Of a stretch of DNA of 63,254 bases, positions 63,241-63,254 are shown piece after piece. The notes beneath the pieces are model-generated. The model was given only the letters and a program-made list of their open reading frames with translations, made no database searches and was not told the origin of the DNA. Numbering within the stretch: position 1 is the stretch's first letter; every line of letters starts with the position of its first letter. This DNA comes from Cellvibrionaceae bacterium (GTDB lineage Bacteria; Chloroflexota; Anaerolineae; Promineifilales; Promineifilaceae), in NCBI GenBank assembly GCA_047638855.1, contig JBLIMP010000001.1:1-63254 (forward strand), written 5' to 3'. Both the position numbers and the translations under genes were made by a program.

Positions 63241-63254
63241 TAGGATTATCTTTA

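Noticed and set aside
1-63254. CRISPR arrays, tRNA, rRNA or tmRNA genes.
   Set aside because: No regularly spaced repeats of 24-48 nt were seen; the tandem units present are 9-14 nt with 2-3 copies. I saw no T-loop-type GGTTCGAATCC-like motifs and no rRNA-like stretches. Almost the entire window is covered by long protein-coding ORFs.

Overview
63.3-kb chromosomal window from a bacterium with roughly balanced GC content (judged by eye, not computed). It is densely coding: I call 58 CDS, with about 9% intergenic DNA. I found no rRNA, tRNA, CRISPR array, transposase, integrase or recognisable defence genes. There is no rRNA, so the taxon cannot be assigned. The many Amidohydro_2, enolase-superfamily and DHDPS-like paralogues and the cytosolic NHL/BNR propellers recall marine Chloroflexota such as SAR202, but that is only a guess. 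Content from left to right: (1) housekeeping and sugar-nucleotide genes (rpiA 3' end, TauE, esterase, YHYH lipoprotein, epimerase, rfbF, mtnA, MFS). (2) A minus-strand aryl/acyl-CoA cluster at 9.2-18.8 kb (acyl-CoA ligase, ACAD, flavoprotein, PaaK, hydrolase, EthD, two crotonases, PaaX) that lacks a PaaABCDE oxygenase. (3) A mixed plus-strand block at 19-31 kb (sulfotransferase, cupin, orphan 506-aa membrane protein, GDPD, thioredoxin-fold lipoprotein, FlgD-Ig-like protein, cupredoxin, SDR, ABC exporter, DsbA, GNAT, FusB-like protein), followed by a minus-strand Bro-N/DinD-like gene. (4) A 29-kb run of 26 minus-strand genes at 32.5-61.4 kb, with a peptide-type ABC importer, five Amidohydro_2 paralogues, two enolase-superfamily enzymes, two DHDPS-like lyases, two 2-hydroxyacid dehydrogenases, two AKRs, DAO-type flavoprotein, Rieske protein, PIG-L deacetylase, PhyH dioxygenase, class IV aminotransferase, TIGR04076 protein, cytosolic BNR and NHL propellers, and a GntR regulator. 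(5) An amidase. The most unusual signals are at DNA level. (a) The palindrome CGGCCG occurs about 225 times by my count, against about 15 expected for equiprobable bases; it appears in all three codon phases and almost only inside genes, like the cyanobacterial HIP1. (b) Inverted copies of a two-hairpin repeat of about 105-125 nt bracket the 29-kb cluster exactly, and a third truncated copy lies at 2.65 kb. (c) A shared 27-nt box sits upstream of the GntR gene and of the first gene of the cluster. (d) Two GC-rich long hairpins with 33-nt loops flank a two-gene unit. (e) Many intercistronic spacers are built from short words repeated directly and invertedly. All functional assignments come from motif recognition in the supplied translations; no searches were run.
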